Source of the DNA: an uncultured Methanosarcinales archaeon
Lineage (GTDB): Archaea; Nanobdellota; Nanobdellia; Woesearchaeales; DATDXC01
NCBI GenBank assembly: GCA_964510025.1
Contig: CAZDZV010000009.1
Coordinates: 1-62,515 of the forward strand
Direction of reading: 5' to 3'
Length of the DNA: 62,515 bases
The notes beneath the pieces were generated by a model. That model was not told the origin of the DNA. It ran no database searches and worked only from the letters and a program-made list of their open reading frames with translations. Positions within the stretch are counted from its first letter, which is position 1; each line of letters starts with the position of its first letter. This document shows, piece after piece, positions 47,944 to 56,215 of this stretch. A program made the position numbers and the translations under genes.

Positions 47944-49551
47944 TCAATAATTAACAGTTCCTTTATGATTATTTAGATTTGATAAAACCGATCTCAAAAT
48001 ACCTTCGTTTTCTCCAGCTTTATTAATCTTCTGCTCAAACAAATTCTTTAAAAAACGGTCTAGCTTTCTAGAGGGTAGTTTACTCAGGTCAGGAGCATCA
48101 ATTTCAAATCTTTTATGATAATTAGCTAATCTTTTAAGTAACATAACTCTACTGTTCACGATGGGATTATTCTCAATTATAGACATTCTCGGAGGTTTTC
48201 CAAGATTAAAAAGTTTGTAAACCCCATGAACAGAACTCCATTTTTCCATTTTTGGATCATATTTTAAACCTTTATCTCTTGCATATCTAATCCAGATATT
48301 ATGTTTTCTAACTTTTTTTCTAAAATCTCTTATTTTTTTACTCAATTCTACTTGTTCTTCATCAAACGATTCTATTTGATCTATCATTTCTCTTAATTTA
48401 CCCTGCATACCAATTACTTCAGAACAGATATCTGAATCAGTAGAAATTCTTTTCAATAGATCTTTTATCAGTTTTTTACATTTAGGATCTGTTAAGTCTC
48501 GACCACAGATGCATTTATTCTTTTTTAGTAAAGGTTCAATAAAGTCTTTTTTTGCGTCTGGAGGATATTTTCCATCTGCAATACCTTTATCAACCATTTT
48601 CTTTGCTTCTACTAATGCATCATAAGCTATAATTGAGTTGGAAACTTTGAGTAGTCTTTTTAATTTCTCACCTTTCAGAAATTTAATATCATCTTCAATT
48701 TTTTCTATTTTTTCTTCAATCTCTATTCTTCTATTTTCATATTCTGCAGAATCTGGATACTGTCTAAGTTCTTCGCTTTTTTCATTTTCAATTTTTTCAG
48801 CTTGTTCCTTATCCCATTTCTTTTTCTTTAGGTCTGTCTTGTAATTTTCTAATGAATCTCCCCTTATCTTAATTTCCTCTTTTAATCTCTCAATATTGGG
48901 ACCCAAATCGCCACTATCTCTAATTAAATCTCTTCTTTTACGGATTAATCTATCAATTAAATTTTCTATAACTGTAATTTGTGAAACATTAAATACAGCT
49001 TCTTTAATTTTTTCACCAGAAGATTCCTTGAAATATTGATTTAACTGCTCACCATCGAAGAAAAAATATTCTTTAATATCTTCAGGCATTATCTGCTCTA
49101 AAAAAAATCTTGGTTCTGGCAATTTCTTAGATTGTCCATTTTCTTCTCTAAAATACATGAAAATAGAACCATCTTTTTCTTTGGATGAAGGATCAGGAAC
49201 TATCGACTCTTGCCCATCACTATCTTTTCTATAGTTTATACTCCTAATCACATTGTGTTTTCTACCTTCTTCATCAATCATTTGTATTTCTACTTCAACA
49301 TTCAGGATTTTTCCTTTCTCTAAATTATCGAAAGCCTCGGTATTACAAAGAGGAAGACCTTTTAAGCCCTTAGTAAGATGTATTTCTTCATCATATAAAC
49401 ACCAAGTAATTGCATTTAGCAAACTAGACTTTCCAGCCCCGTTTGCGCCTTGTATTATTGTGAAATTTTTCTTCTTTTCATCACTACTAAATATTATTTC
49501 TTCATCAACATAAGGTCTAAAATTTTTTAATTTAATCAGGTCAATCCTCAT
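47944..49551 (-). CDS. SMC/Rad50/DndD-like ATPase (PbeC-like), C-terminally truncated or chimeric
   Basis: LKNFRPY, GANGAGKSS, YFFFDGE, coiled coil, CICG hook; no signature or Walker B half. Confidence 0.75.
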   Translation of the reverse strand: MRIDLIKLKNFRPYVDEEIIFSSDEKKKNFTIIQGANGAGKSSLLNAITWCLYDEEIHLTKGLKGLPLCNTEAFDNLEKGKILNVEVEIQMIDEEGRKHNVIRSINYRKDSDGQESIVPDPSSKEKDGSIFMYFREENGQSKKLPEPRFFLEQIMPEDIKEYFFFDGEQLNQYFKESSGEKIKEAVFNVSQITVIENLIDRLIRKRRDLIRDSGDLGPNIERLKEEIKIRGDSLENYKTDLKKKKWDKEQAEKIENEKSEELRQYPDSAEYENRRIEIEEKIEKIEDDIKFLKGEKLKRLLKVSNSIIAYDALVEAKKMVDKGIADGKYPPDAKKDFIEPLLKKNKCICGRDLTDPKCKKLIKDLLKRISTDSDICSEVIGMQGKLREMIDQIESFDEEQVELSKKIRDFRKKVRKHNIWIRYARDKGLKYDPKMEKWSSVHGVYKLFNLGKPPRMSIIENNPIVNSRVMLLKRLANYHKRFEIDAPDLSKLPSRKLDRFLKNLFEQKINKAGENEGILRSVLSNLNNHKGTVNY

Positions 49552-49741
49552 GGTTATCCACCCTTAATTTTGCTGCCCCTTGCTTAATATCTAATTCCAA
49601 TTCCTTTGTATAAGCATACTTTTCACCAGCGGAGGTACTTTGTAGTTCCAACAATAATGCTCTTTCTAAGAATGTTTTAATTTCATCAGGCGCATCACTT
49701 TCTCTGATTTTTTTCTCAATAAGGGGATTAAATTTCACCAT
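49541..49741 (-). CDS. Small protein between helicase and SMC ATPase (PbeB-like)
   Basis: 66 aa, IKTFLERALLLE...Y; position in the operon. Confidence 0.6.
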   Translation of the reverse strand: MVKFNPLIEKKIRESDAPDEIKTFLERALLLELQSTSAGEKYAYTKELELDIKQGAAKLRVDNHED

Positions 49742-49749
49742 AGTATCAC

Positions 49750-51870
49750 CTAATTAAATATTTCACCTTCAAAATCGATAACTTTCTTCAAACAATCTAC
49801 TCTATTATCAGCAGAGTCTGCAAATTCTTTGTATCTTTTCATTTCTTTCTCAAATATTTTCATTTCCATCTCATGTAATTCTTTTATGCTTATATGTTTT
49901 ATTGGCGGAACCACAATAAAGTCATAAATTACTGCTTTATCTTTATTCGGGTATGGTCTAAGGATTCTACCCCTTCTTTGTATATATTCTTTTGGATTTC
50001 CGGTGCTAGCTAATATAATGGCAGTTCTTGCAGATTTAACATCAACACCTTCATCTAAGCATTTCATAGCAACTAAAATAGAATAATTCCTCTTTTCAAA
50101 CTCTTCTAGAAGGAAATCTCTCTCAGATAATCCACCATATTTATCTTCTGGCTTAATGCCCTCTTTGCTAGTAAATTTATGTTGTCTAATATCAAATTCA
50201 GATATTATTGATTGTACCCTATCCATTTGTTCTGGAGAAACATACACCAAACAATTATTTATTGAGATAATTTTTTTAAGAAGGTCTCTAAAAACATTGT
50301 ATTTTTCTCTAGAATTGGTTATTATCTTTTGTCTTTTAATATATAGAAGGTTAAATAATTCATCTTTTTCCTTTTTATCTTTTATTACAAAAAACGATCT
50401 AGCTATCTTTTTTGTCTGTTCTTCATATTCTTGTAATTCAGACTCAGTCAATTTAACAAAAAGAGGTATATAATCATATTTCACAAGAAAAGTTTTCCCG
50501 GTATCTGGATTAATAGTACTAATAGCTTTTTTTAGGGAAAATTCATAGACTGTTCCTTTAAAAAATTCCATGATGATATCCGTACCTTCATCATCAAACC
50601 ATCTGCTAGGCGTTGCACTTAATCCCAATTTATATTTATATAATTCCTCAATTAATCCCTTTCTCCTTTCGATTGATCCTATGCCATGAACTTCGTCACA
50701 TATCAGTAGAATAGGATATTGGATTTTCTTGATCCTATCAACAAAATCGGGCATCGCAAATGTTGTGTGTGTTGTTAAAACTATTAACTTATTCAGAACT
50801 TTATTTCTTATATCATAAGTTTTATCCATTAATTCACTTTTCCACCTAGGATTGCTACTATCAGCGATAAGAGTTTCAAAATCCATATCAAAATCATTAA
50901 TATTATCAAGCCATTGCTTAACAAGATGAGTATATGGAGCAGATATTACAACAACAAGATCCCTAATTTCCTTATTGATCTCTTTTACACAACCTAATGC
51001 AGTAAATGTTTTTCCTGTTCCTGTAGCCATTTCAAATATACCATGAGAACCATTATCAATCCATTTAGATATCGCTTCATCTTGATACTCCCTTAATTTT
51101 ATTTTCTTAGTTTTCTTTTTGATAATCAAATCTTCGATTTCTTTTCTATGGATTATTTCTTCAGCAATTTCTTTTCTAATTCTTATAAATTCCTCATTAT
51201 CTCTAGGTGCTTTTTGTATTAGCCCTTTGTTAAAAGCTTCAGATACTTCATATACTCTTACCCTTTTCCCCTCATCATTCCATAAAATATCAAATCTCTG
51301 AATATCTGGATTAAGGTGTGCTAAATCTCCTTCTTTCCAACTGCAGAAAACATGAAATTGTTCATCATTATTTAGCCAACCACCCACTGTCTCGTTCTCT
51401 GAACCTGAAAAAGACAGGATATTTCCTTCATCATCATATAATACCCCAATTTTTTGGTGTTCTATTCCCTTATTAACAACAGCAATTTTAATCTCTAACC
51501 GACCTTCTTTAATCATCCATCCTAGCATTCTAATATGATCTCTCTGGAGTTCATCTTCAATATTCTCCATATCTACTAAAATTTCTTGCTCTTTGTCCCT
51601 AATAGCTGACTTTATGGATTCTTGGTCTTCCTTTGAGATAACTACATTTGCTATAAGCCTTACTTTCCCATTTTTCTTTATTAATTCAGTTATACCTTTT
51701 GCAGCTATAGCTAGAGCATTAGAACAGAAAAACCCTGCAACTCTATCATATTTAACAGATTTGGAAAGAACAGGAATATAGAAATCAGTAAGTAAAGTAA
51801 CTTCATCTGAATAATATACCGGTTTAATATCTAATTCTTTGAATCCCACTTTTGTAATGTAAATTGACAA
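49750..51870 (-). CDS. PLD-nuclease + SF2 DEAH helicase (PbeA / phosphorothioation-associated restriction enzyme-like)
   Basis: YDRVAGFF, HQK...FSGSENET, LREYQ, MATGTGKT, DEVH, LGLSATP, LDEGVDV, QRRGRILR. Confidence 0.85.
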   Translation of the reverse strand: MSIYITKVGFKELDIKPVYYSDEVTLLTDFYIPVLSKSVKYDRVAGFFCSNALAIAAKGITELIKKNGKVRLIANVVISKEDQESIKSAIRDKEQEILVDMENIEDELQRDHIRMLGWMIKEGRLEIKIAVVNKGIEHQKIGVLYDDEGNILSFSGSENETVGGWLNNDEQFHVFCSWKEGDLAHLNPDIQRFDILWNDEGKRVRVYEVSEAFNKGLIQKAPRDNEEFIRIRKEIAEEIIHRKEIEDLIIKKKTKKIKLREYQDEAISKWIDNGSHGIFEMATGTGKTFTALGCVKEINKEIRDLVVVISAPYTHLVKQWLDNINDFDMDFETLIADSSNPRWKSELMDKTYDIRNKVLNKLIVLTTHTTFAMPDFVDRIKKIQYPILLICDEVHGIGSIERRKGLIEELYKYKLGLSATPSRWFDDEGTDIIMEFFKGTVYEFSLKKAISTINPDTGKTFLVKYDYIPLFVKLTESELQEYEEQTKKIARSFFVIKDKKEKDELFNLLYIKRQKIITNSREKYNVFRDLLKKIISINNCLVYVSPEQMDRVQSIISEFDIRQHKFTSKEGIKPEDKYGGLSERDFLLEEFEKRNYSILVAMKCLDEGVDVKSARTAIILASTGNPKEYIQRRGRILRPYPNKDKAVIYDFIVVPPIKHISIKELHEMEMKIFEKEMKRYKEFADSADNRVDCLKKVIDFEGEIFN

Positions 51871-52048
51871 GATTATTTAAAAATAATGGTTATTTTTCGA
51901 TTTTTAGCCCCCAACTCCGGATTCCTACGGAAATTTACACTGCTTCGCAGAATCTACAATATTAGTCTCTTTTGTTTTAAAAATATAGGCTCGCCTACGG
52001 CTCGTAAGTTACATGTAGCCACTCACATATTCTTCGAGAAAAAGCCCT

Positions 52049-52288
52049 CTATTTCTTAAATAGTTTTATCAGTCCTACTACTCCGACTATTGCCCAGGTG
52101 GCTTCAAGAATTACAAACGGCAGAAAGCCGATTAATATAGAAGCATAACAAGCAAGACCTCCACCAAGTATGTTCATTATTACATATGTCTTTGTATCTT
52201 GCATTAAGATCTTAAACAGATTCAGAAAAAATGCTAACAACAGAAGAAATACTCCAACCGAACCAACAATAACTGGAAATTCTATCAT
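52049..52288 (-). CDS. CBU_0592-like small membrane protein
   Basis: VGSVGV.LLLLAF, Y..MNILG, PFVILE..W. Confidence 0.7.
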   Translation of the reverse strand: MIEFPVIVGSVGVFLLLLAFFLNLFKILMQDTKTYVIMNILGGGLACYASILIGFLPFVILEATWAIVGVVGLIKLFKK

Positions 52289-52501
52289 ACATTCTTATGT
52301 TAATTACTTCTATTTATATTTATCGGGCTTTCCTTGCTCCCCCCACTTCGTTCTGTTCGTTTCGGCTAACAGGGCCCAGATGTTGTATTCAATTGAAAAT
52401 CGGTCTAATATTAGTAAGAGCCCCCCAGAAAATCTCGACTGTTTATTAGAAAGGTTTTTATAATTATACAAATCCTAAGTTAATAAGTTGGGGAAAATAC
52501 A

Positions 52502-53608
52502 ATGAAGATTTACTGGATTATTGTAATAATTTCTTCTACTTTAATGCTTATATCTTGTGGTATAGAAGTTCCAGAAGTAAAGGGCAGGAAAATATTCAAA
52601 GAATTTAAAGAATATGGGGTTTCATTTGAAACTGACAGCAAGACAATTAATGAATATACGGAACTTCTAAGTACTGGAACTCGAAAAAGAGCAGATACTA
52701 CAAAATATTTAACATCGAATAAACCCAATATAATCAAACTTGCAAATGATTTAAGAGCTAAAGCAGAAGAAAATGAAGAATCAGTAGTGGATTATATTAT
52801 CAATTTCGTTCAGTCAATCGGATATAGATTTGATGACACTGTCGGTTACGACGAATTTCCAAAATATCCAGAAGAAACAATCTATGAAGGGAATGGAGAT
52901 TGTGAAGATATGTCTTATGTACTTTATTCACTTTTAGAGGCATTGGGTTACGATGTTATCTTAATTGATTTATCTGGGCACATGATGGTGGGCTTAGCTT
53001 GTGAAGAAGCTGAGTCAGGATTATGTGGTAAATCCTACTATGAAAAAGGTAGAAAAAAATATTATCCTATTGAAACAACAGGCGAAGGCTGAAAATTAGG
53101 TAGTCTTCCAGATGAATACAGGGAAATGAAAGCTTCTTTAATAAAAAATGAAGGAACAGAAGCATTTAGAGCTTTGAATTGTTACAATAAAGAGATCCAA
53201 GAAGTTAAAGAAGTAACTGTTGCAGTTCCAGAACAGTATGAAACTAAAGAGCCCTGTGAATATAGGGTGTCAAGTGTAACTGCTGTGGAAAAGACTTCTG
53301 GATTAATCGCAATTTGGGAATATGGTTTAAAATATACTGAACTTTCATTTACTGTAACAAATACTGATGATGTTTCATGTAGTTATGCAGTTGAACTAGA
53401 TGTCAATGGTAAAACCATATTAAGAGATACTGCTTCCTTGTATTCCGGAGAAAAAGATACATTTGAAAAAATATATGATAATTCTGGAGATGAAAAAGTG
53501 AGGGCTGAAGCAAATGTCATACCAGAAGCAAAAACAGTTACAAAAACTAGATATATAGAAAAAACTGAATCAAAAGTTGCAACTAAGGAGGTTAAGTATT
53601 GTCACTAA
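52502..53608 (+). pseudogene. Transglutaminase-like lipoprotein interrupted by in-frame TGA at 53090-53092
   Basis: LISC lipobox; FVQSIGY..D, PKYPEET, GDCED, HMMVG, IETTGEG*KLGSLPDEY continuing in frame into ORF 53126-53608. Confidence 0.8.
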
Positions 53609-53824
53609 TTAGATTTTCTGGGCTTCTATAATCTATAAACGGACAGCCTCTGCTTTATTAGGGTGGATTTTTGTGATGGCTCTGTCCACGAGGAGAATTT
53701 TTCGAGAAAATCGAACTTCCTTTAATTCCGATGTTAGATACAATCCAATTTTAGAGATAGCAAAGTCGGGGCACCACCCTACAATCTGCAAACATTTTTA
53801 TAATAGCTAATTAATTTACTATAG

Positions 53825-54436
53825 ATGGTAAGCGCCGTGACAAAATGGGTTATAGCTATATTTATTGCTGTTTTTATAATCCCAACTATTGTCACTTTTT
53901 TTATTGTCTCGAAAGGAACAGATTCATTTGATCCCAATCTTATAGGCACACTTGCCATTATCATAGGGATAATCATTCCTCTTATTTTAGTTTGTGGATT
54001 ATTCTACTGGATTTTCACATTCCAAAAGAAAAGAGAAAAGGATTTGATGAAATATGCTTCGGAATTAGGATTATCCTATGGTTCAGATGAGGGAGAGCAA
54101 ATTTTTGGAGAAATCAAAAATTTTGAAATTTTTAGTAAAGGCATATTGCCTGCAATATGGCACATGATTAAAGGCAAATGGTCTGGAATTCCGGTTGTAG
54201 TTTTGGATTATAGCTATAAGGCCGGAACTATTCAAAATAGGGTAAATCGGTATCAAACAATAGCCTATGCCAAGGTCAAAAATGCAAATTACAAACGGAC
54301 AAAAATTGAAAAAGACGGATTTACTTTTGAGACAGAAGGAGATAAGATAATTGGATATAAAAGATCTTATTACATCAAGCCAAAAGAATTGAGGAACTTC
54401 TTGGATAAAATTGTGGAGAATATAAAAGCATTATAA
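53825..54436 (+). CDS. Membrane-anchored hypothetical protein
   Basis: Two N-terminal TM helices, soluble C-terminal domain. Confidence 0.7.
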   Translation: MVSAVTKWVIAIFIAVFIIPTIVTFFIVSKGTDSFDPNLIGTLAIIIGIIIPLILVCGLFYWIFTFQKKREKDLMKYASELGLSYGSDEGEQIFGEIKNFEIFSKGILPAIWHMIKGKWSGIPVVVLDYSYKAGTIQNRVNRYQTIAYAKVKNANYKRTKIEKDGFTFETEGDKIIGYKRSYYIKPKELRNFLDKIVENIKAL

Positions 54437-54555
54437 CCTAGTCTATTATTTTCTGGGAGAAATATCTAAGTGAACAGAATCTATGTAAGTAGCAGTCCAA
54501 TCGCCAAACCCTATAACACCGTGCAAACGCCGATATGTGCCTGTAATTCTTTGAG

Positions 54556-54587
54556 ACTCCACTTATAGTGTAGTGATAGTGGGAATA
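54556..54587. repeat. 32-bp imperfect direct repeat copy 1 (candidate recombination/operator site)
   Basis: ACTCCACTTATAGTGTAGTGATAGTGGGAATA; 28/32 identical to 56158-56189. Confidence 0.8.
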
Positions 54588-54626
54588 TGCCTATAATTCT
54601 CTCATGATAATTAGATTGTGAGGTGA

Positions 54627-55049
54627 ATGAAAGTGGCAAAGAATGTTTTAGATAAGGCTGATGAATTTGTGAAGTTAGTTCAAAGACAGCTACCAAGGAT
54701 GGATAAGGATTCAATAAGAAGTGCAGTGTCAAGACTAAACAACCATTTCTATTATAAGAAAAAATCCAAGAAATACAAGCCTTCAGCAAATGAAATGAAG
54801 ATCTGTGAGATTATGATAAGGGAGGGTTTGAGTCCTTCACAGGTTTACAAATGGTTGCTTCTTATGGATGCTGACCCAGAGATAAAGGAACTTCTGCGAC
54901 AGAAAAAAATCAGTATCAAAAATGCATTCAAAAAGATGAATGAAGCTAGATTTGAAGAATACAAAATGACAGTTGGAAGGATTAAATTAAGGTCAGATAT
55001 TGAAGAAGCTTTCAAACTTTATATCCACCCGAGAATTGGAACACCATAA
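54627..55049 (+). CDS. ParB/Spo0J-type HTH DNA-binding protein lacking the CTPase domain
   Basis: GLSPSQVYKWLLLMDADPEIKELLRQKKISIKNA pattern; GAGGTGA RBS. Confidence 0.55.
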   Translation: MKVAKNVLDKADEFVKLVQRQLPRMDKDSIRSAVSRLNNHFYYKKKSKKYKPSANEMKICEIMIREGLSPSQVYKWLLLMDADPEIKELLRQKKISIKNAFKKMNEARFEEYKMTVGRIKLRSDIEEAFKLYIHPRIGTP

Positions 55050-55064
55050 TTGGAGGTGAAGAAT

Positions 55065-55853
55065 ATGGTAAAAAGAAAGGATGAAATTAAGAAAAGAAAA
55101 TCAAAGCCAAAAAAATTGAGGAGATACAGGAGTAAAAAAGGAGCTTTGCCAAGGATACCTCTGAAAAGCCAGATGATTACCATAGTGCAAAGTTGCAGTG
55201 ACATGAGGTTTTTGATTATTTATACATTAGGCTGTTTTCTTGCTTTGAGGATTGGAAGCATAATTCGATTAGAATGGGATCATGTGAACTTTGAATTGAA
55301 TAAGATAGGGATATTTAATGATAAAAATGTTAATCGGACTGTTGAAGGGGACTACGGATGTGATAGGTATCTGACAATACCTCATTTCCTTGTGCCCATA
55401 CTGAAATCATGGAAAGCAATGAACAGAGGAGAGGAGTATATAATACCTCGTGATAGGTGTGGTGCAAAAGAAAAGAGCGTCATTAGATTCTGGGAAAAAA
55501 GATACCATGCATACTACAAATCATTAGGTATGTTGAAAGAATGGCTTCCAACAAAGAATGGGGTAAGATGGAATTTTAATGCCCATACTCCAAGGCATAT
55601 TGGACTGACAAATCTTTATTTGAGAGGTATGCCTATTGGAGACATTCAAGAATTTGCAGGTCATAAGGATATTAAGACAACAATGAGATATATCCATATT
55701 GCAGGCGAGTGCATGAGAAAAAGCATAGAAATGGCATATCAGCCAGATGTTCAGGTAACAATACAACCAGAGGTAAAGACTCTTGTCTATGCATTAAGAC
55801 AAATGATGAAGGAGGTTCCAGAAAATGGCATTTTGCAACAACAAATCGTTTGA
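55065..55853 (+). CDS. Tyrosine recombinase/integrase (catalytic domain only)
   Basis: ALRIGSI (R), DK (K), HTPRH, AGH, TTMRY; GGAGGTG RBS. Confidence 0.92.
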   Translation: MVKRKDEIKKRKSKPKKLRRYRSKKGALPRIPLKSQMITIVQSCSDMRFLIIYTLGCFLALRIGSIIRLEWDHVNFELNKIGIFNDKNVNRTVEGDYGCDRYLTIPHFLVPILKSWKAMNRGEEYIIPRDRCGAKEKSVIRFWEKRYHAYYKSLGMLKEWLPTKNGVRWNFNAHTPRHIGLTNLYLRGMPIGDIQEFAGHKDIKTTMRYIHIAGECMRKSIEMAYQPDVQVTIQPEVKTLVYALRQMMKEVPENGILQQQIV

Positions 55854-56175
55854 GAATAAATATTGTCTTTGGAAAAGGTCAAAAGGTCATATAGCAATGC
55901 GAATTGCAGGCAGTGGTAAATCAGATGGTGCAATATGCGATTGTGTTGTTATTGACAACCACAATGTTAAGTTTGTGGAAGTTAAAGCATGCAAGGATGA
56001 GGTATTCTATGTTAGGACTGACATAAAAAAACAGCTATCACATCTCCGTGCTGCTTGTTTGTTATATAACCTTAAGGCTGGGCTTGCTATAAGATTCAAA
56101 AACAGAGGATGGATTGAGGTAGATATATCTTGTGACATCCCAAATAAAGTGAAATATACTCCGCCTATAGTGTAG
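55825..56175 (+). CDS. Hjc-like Holliday junction resolvase (PD-(D/E)XK)
   Basis: FE...KG..AMRIAGSG...DCVV...FVEVK...LAIRF...W. Confidence 0.8.
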   Translation: MAFCNNKSFENKYCLWKRSKGHIAMRIAGSGKSDGAICDCVVIDNHNVKFVEVKACKDEVFYVRTDIKKQLSHLRAACLLYNLKAGLAIRFKNRGWIEVDISCDIPNKVKYTPPIV

Positions 56176-56189
56176 TATTAGTGGGAATA
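56158..56189. repeat. 32-bp imperfect direct repeat copy 2
   Basis: ACTCCGCCTATAGTGTAGTATTAGTGGGAATA. Confidence 0.8.
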
Positions 56190-56215
56190 AACATATCCAT
56201 AGGATCAACGATCCT

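Noticed and set aside
47100..54600. CRISPR array
   Set aside because: No regularly spaced identical repeats and no cas genes.
55065..55853. Integron integrase IntI serving the upstream array
   Set aside because: No IntI-specific insertion is visible between the catalytic Lys region and HxxR, and it is embedded in a replicon-like operon.
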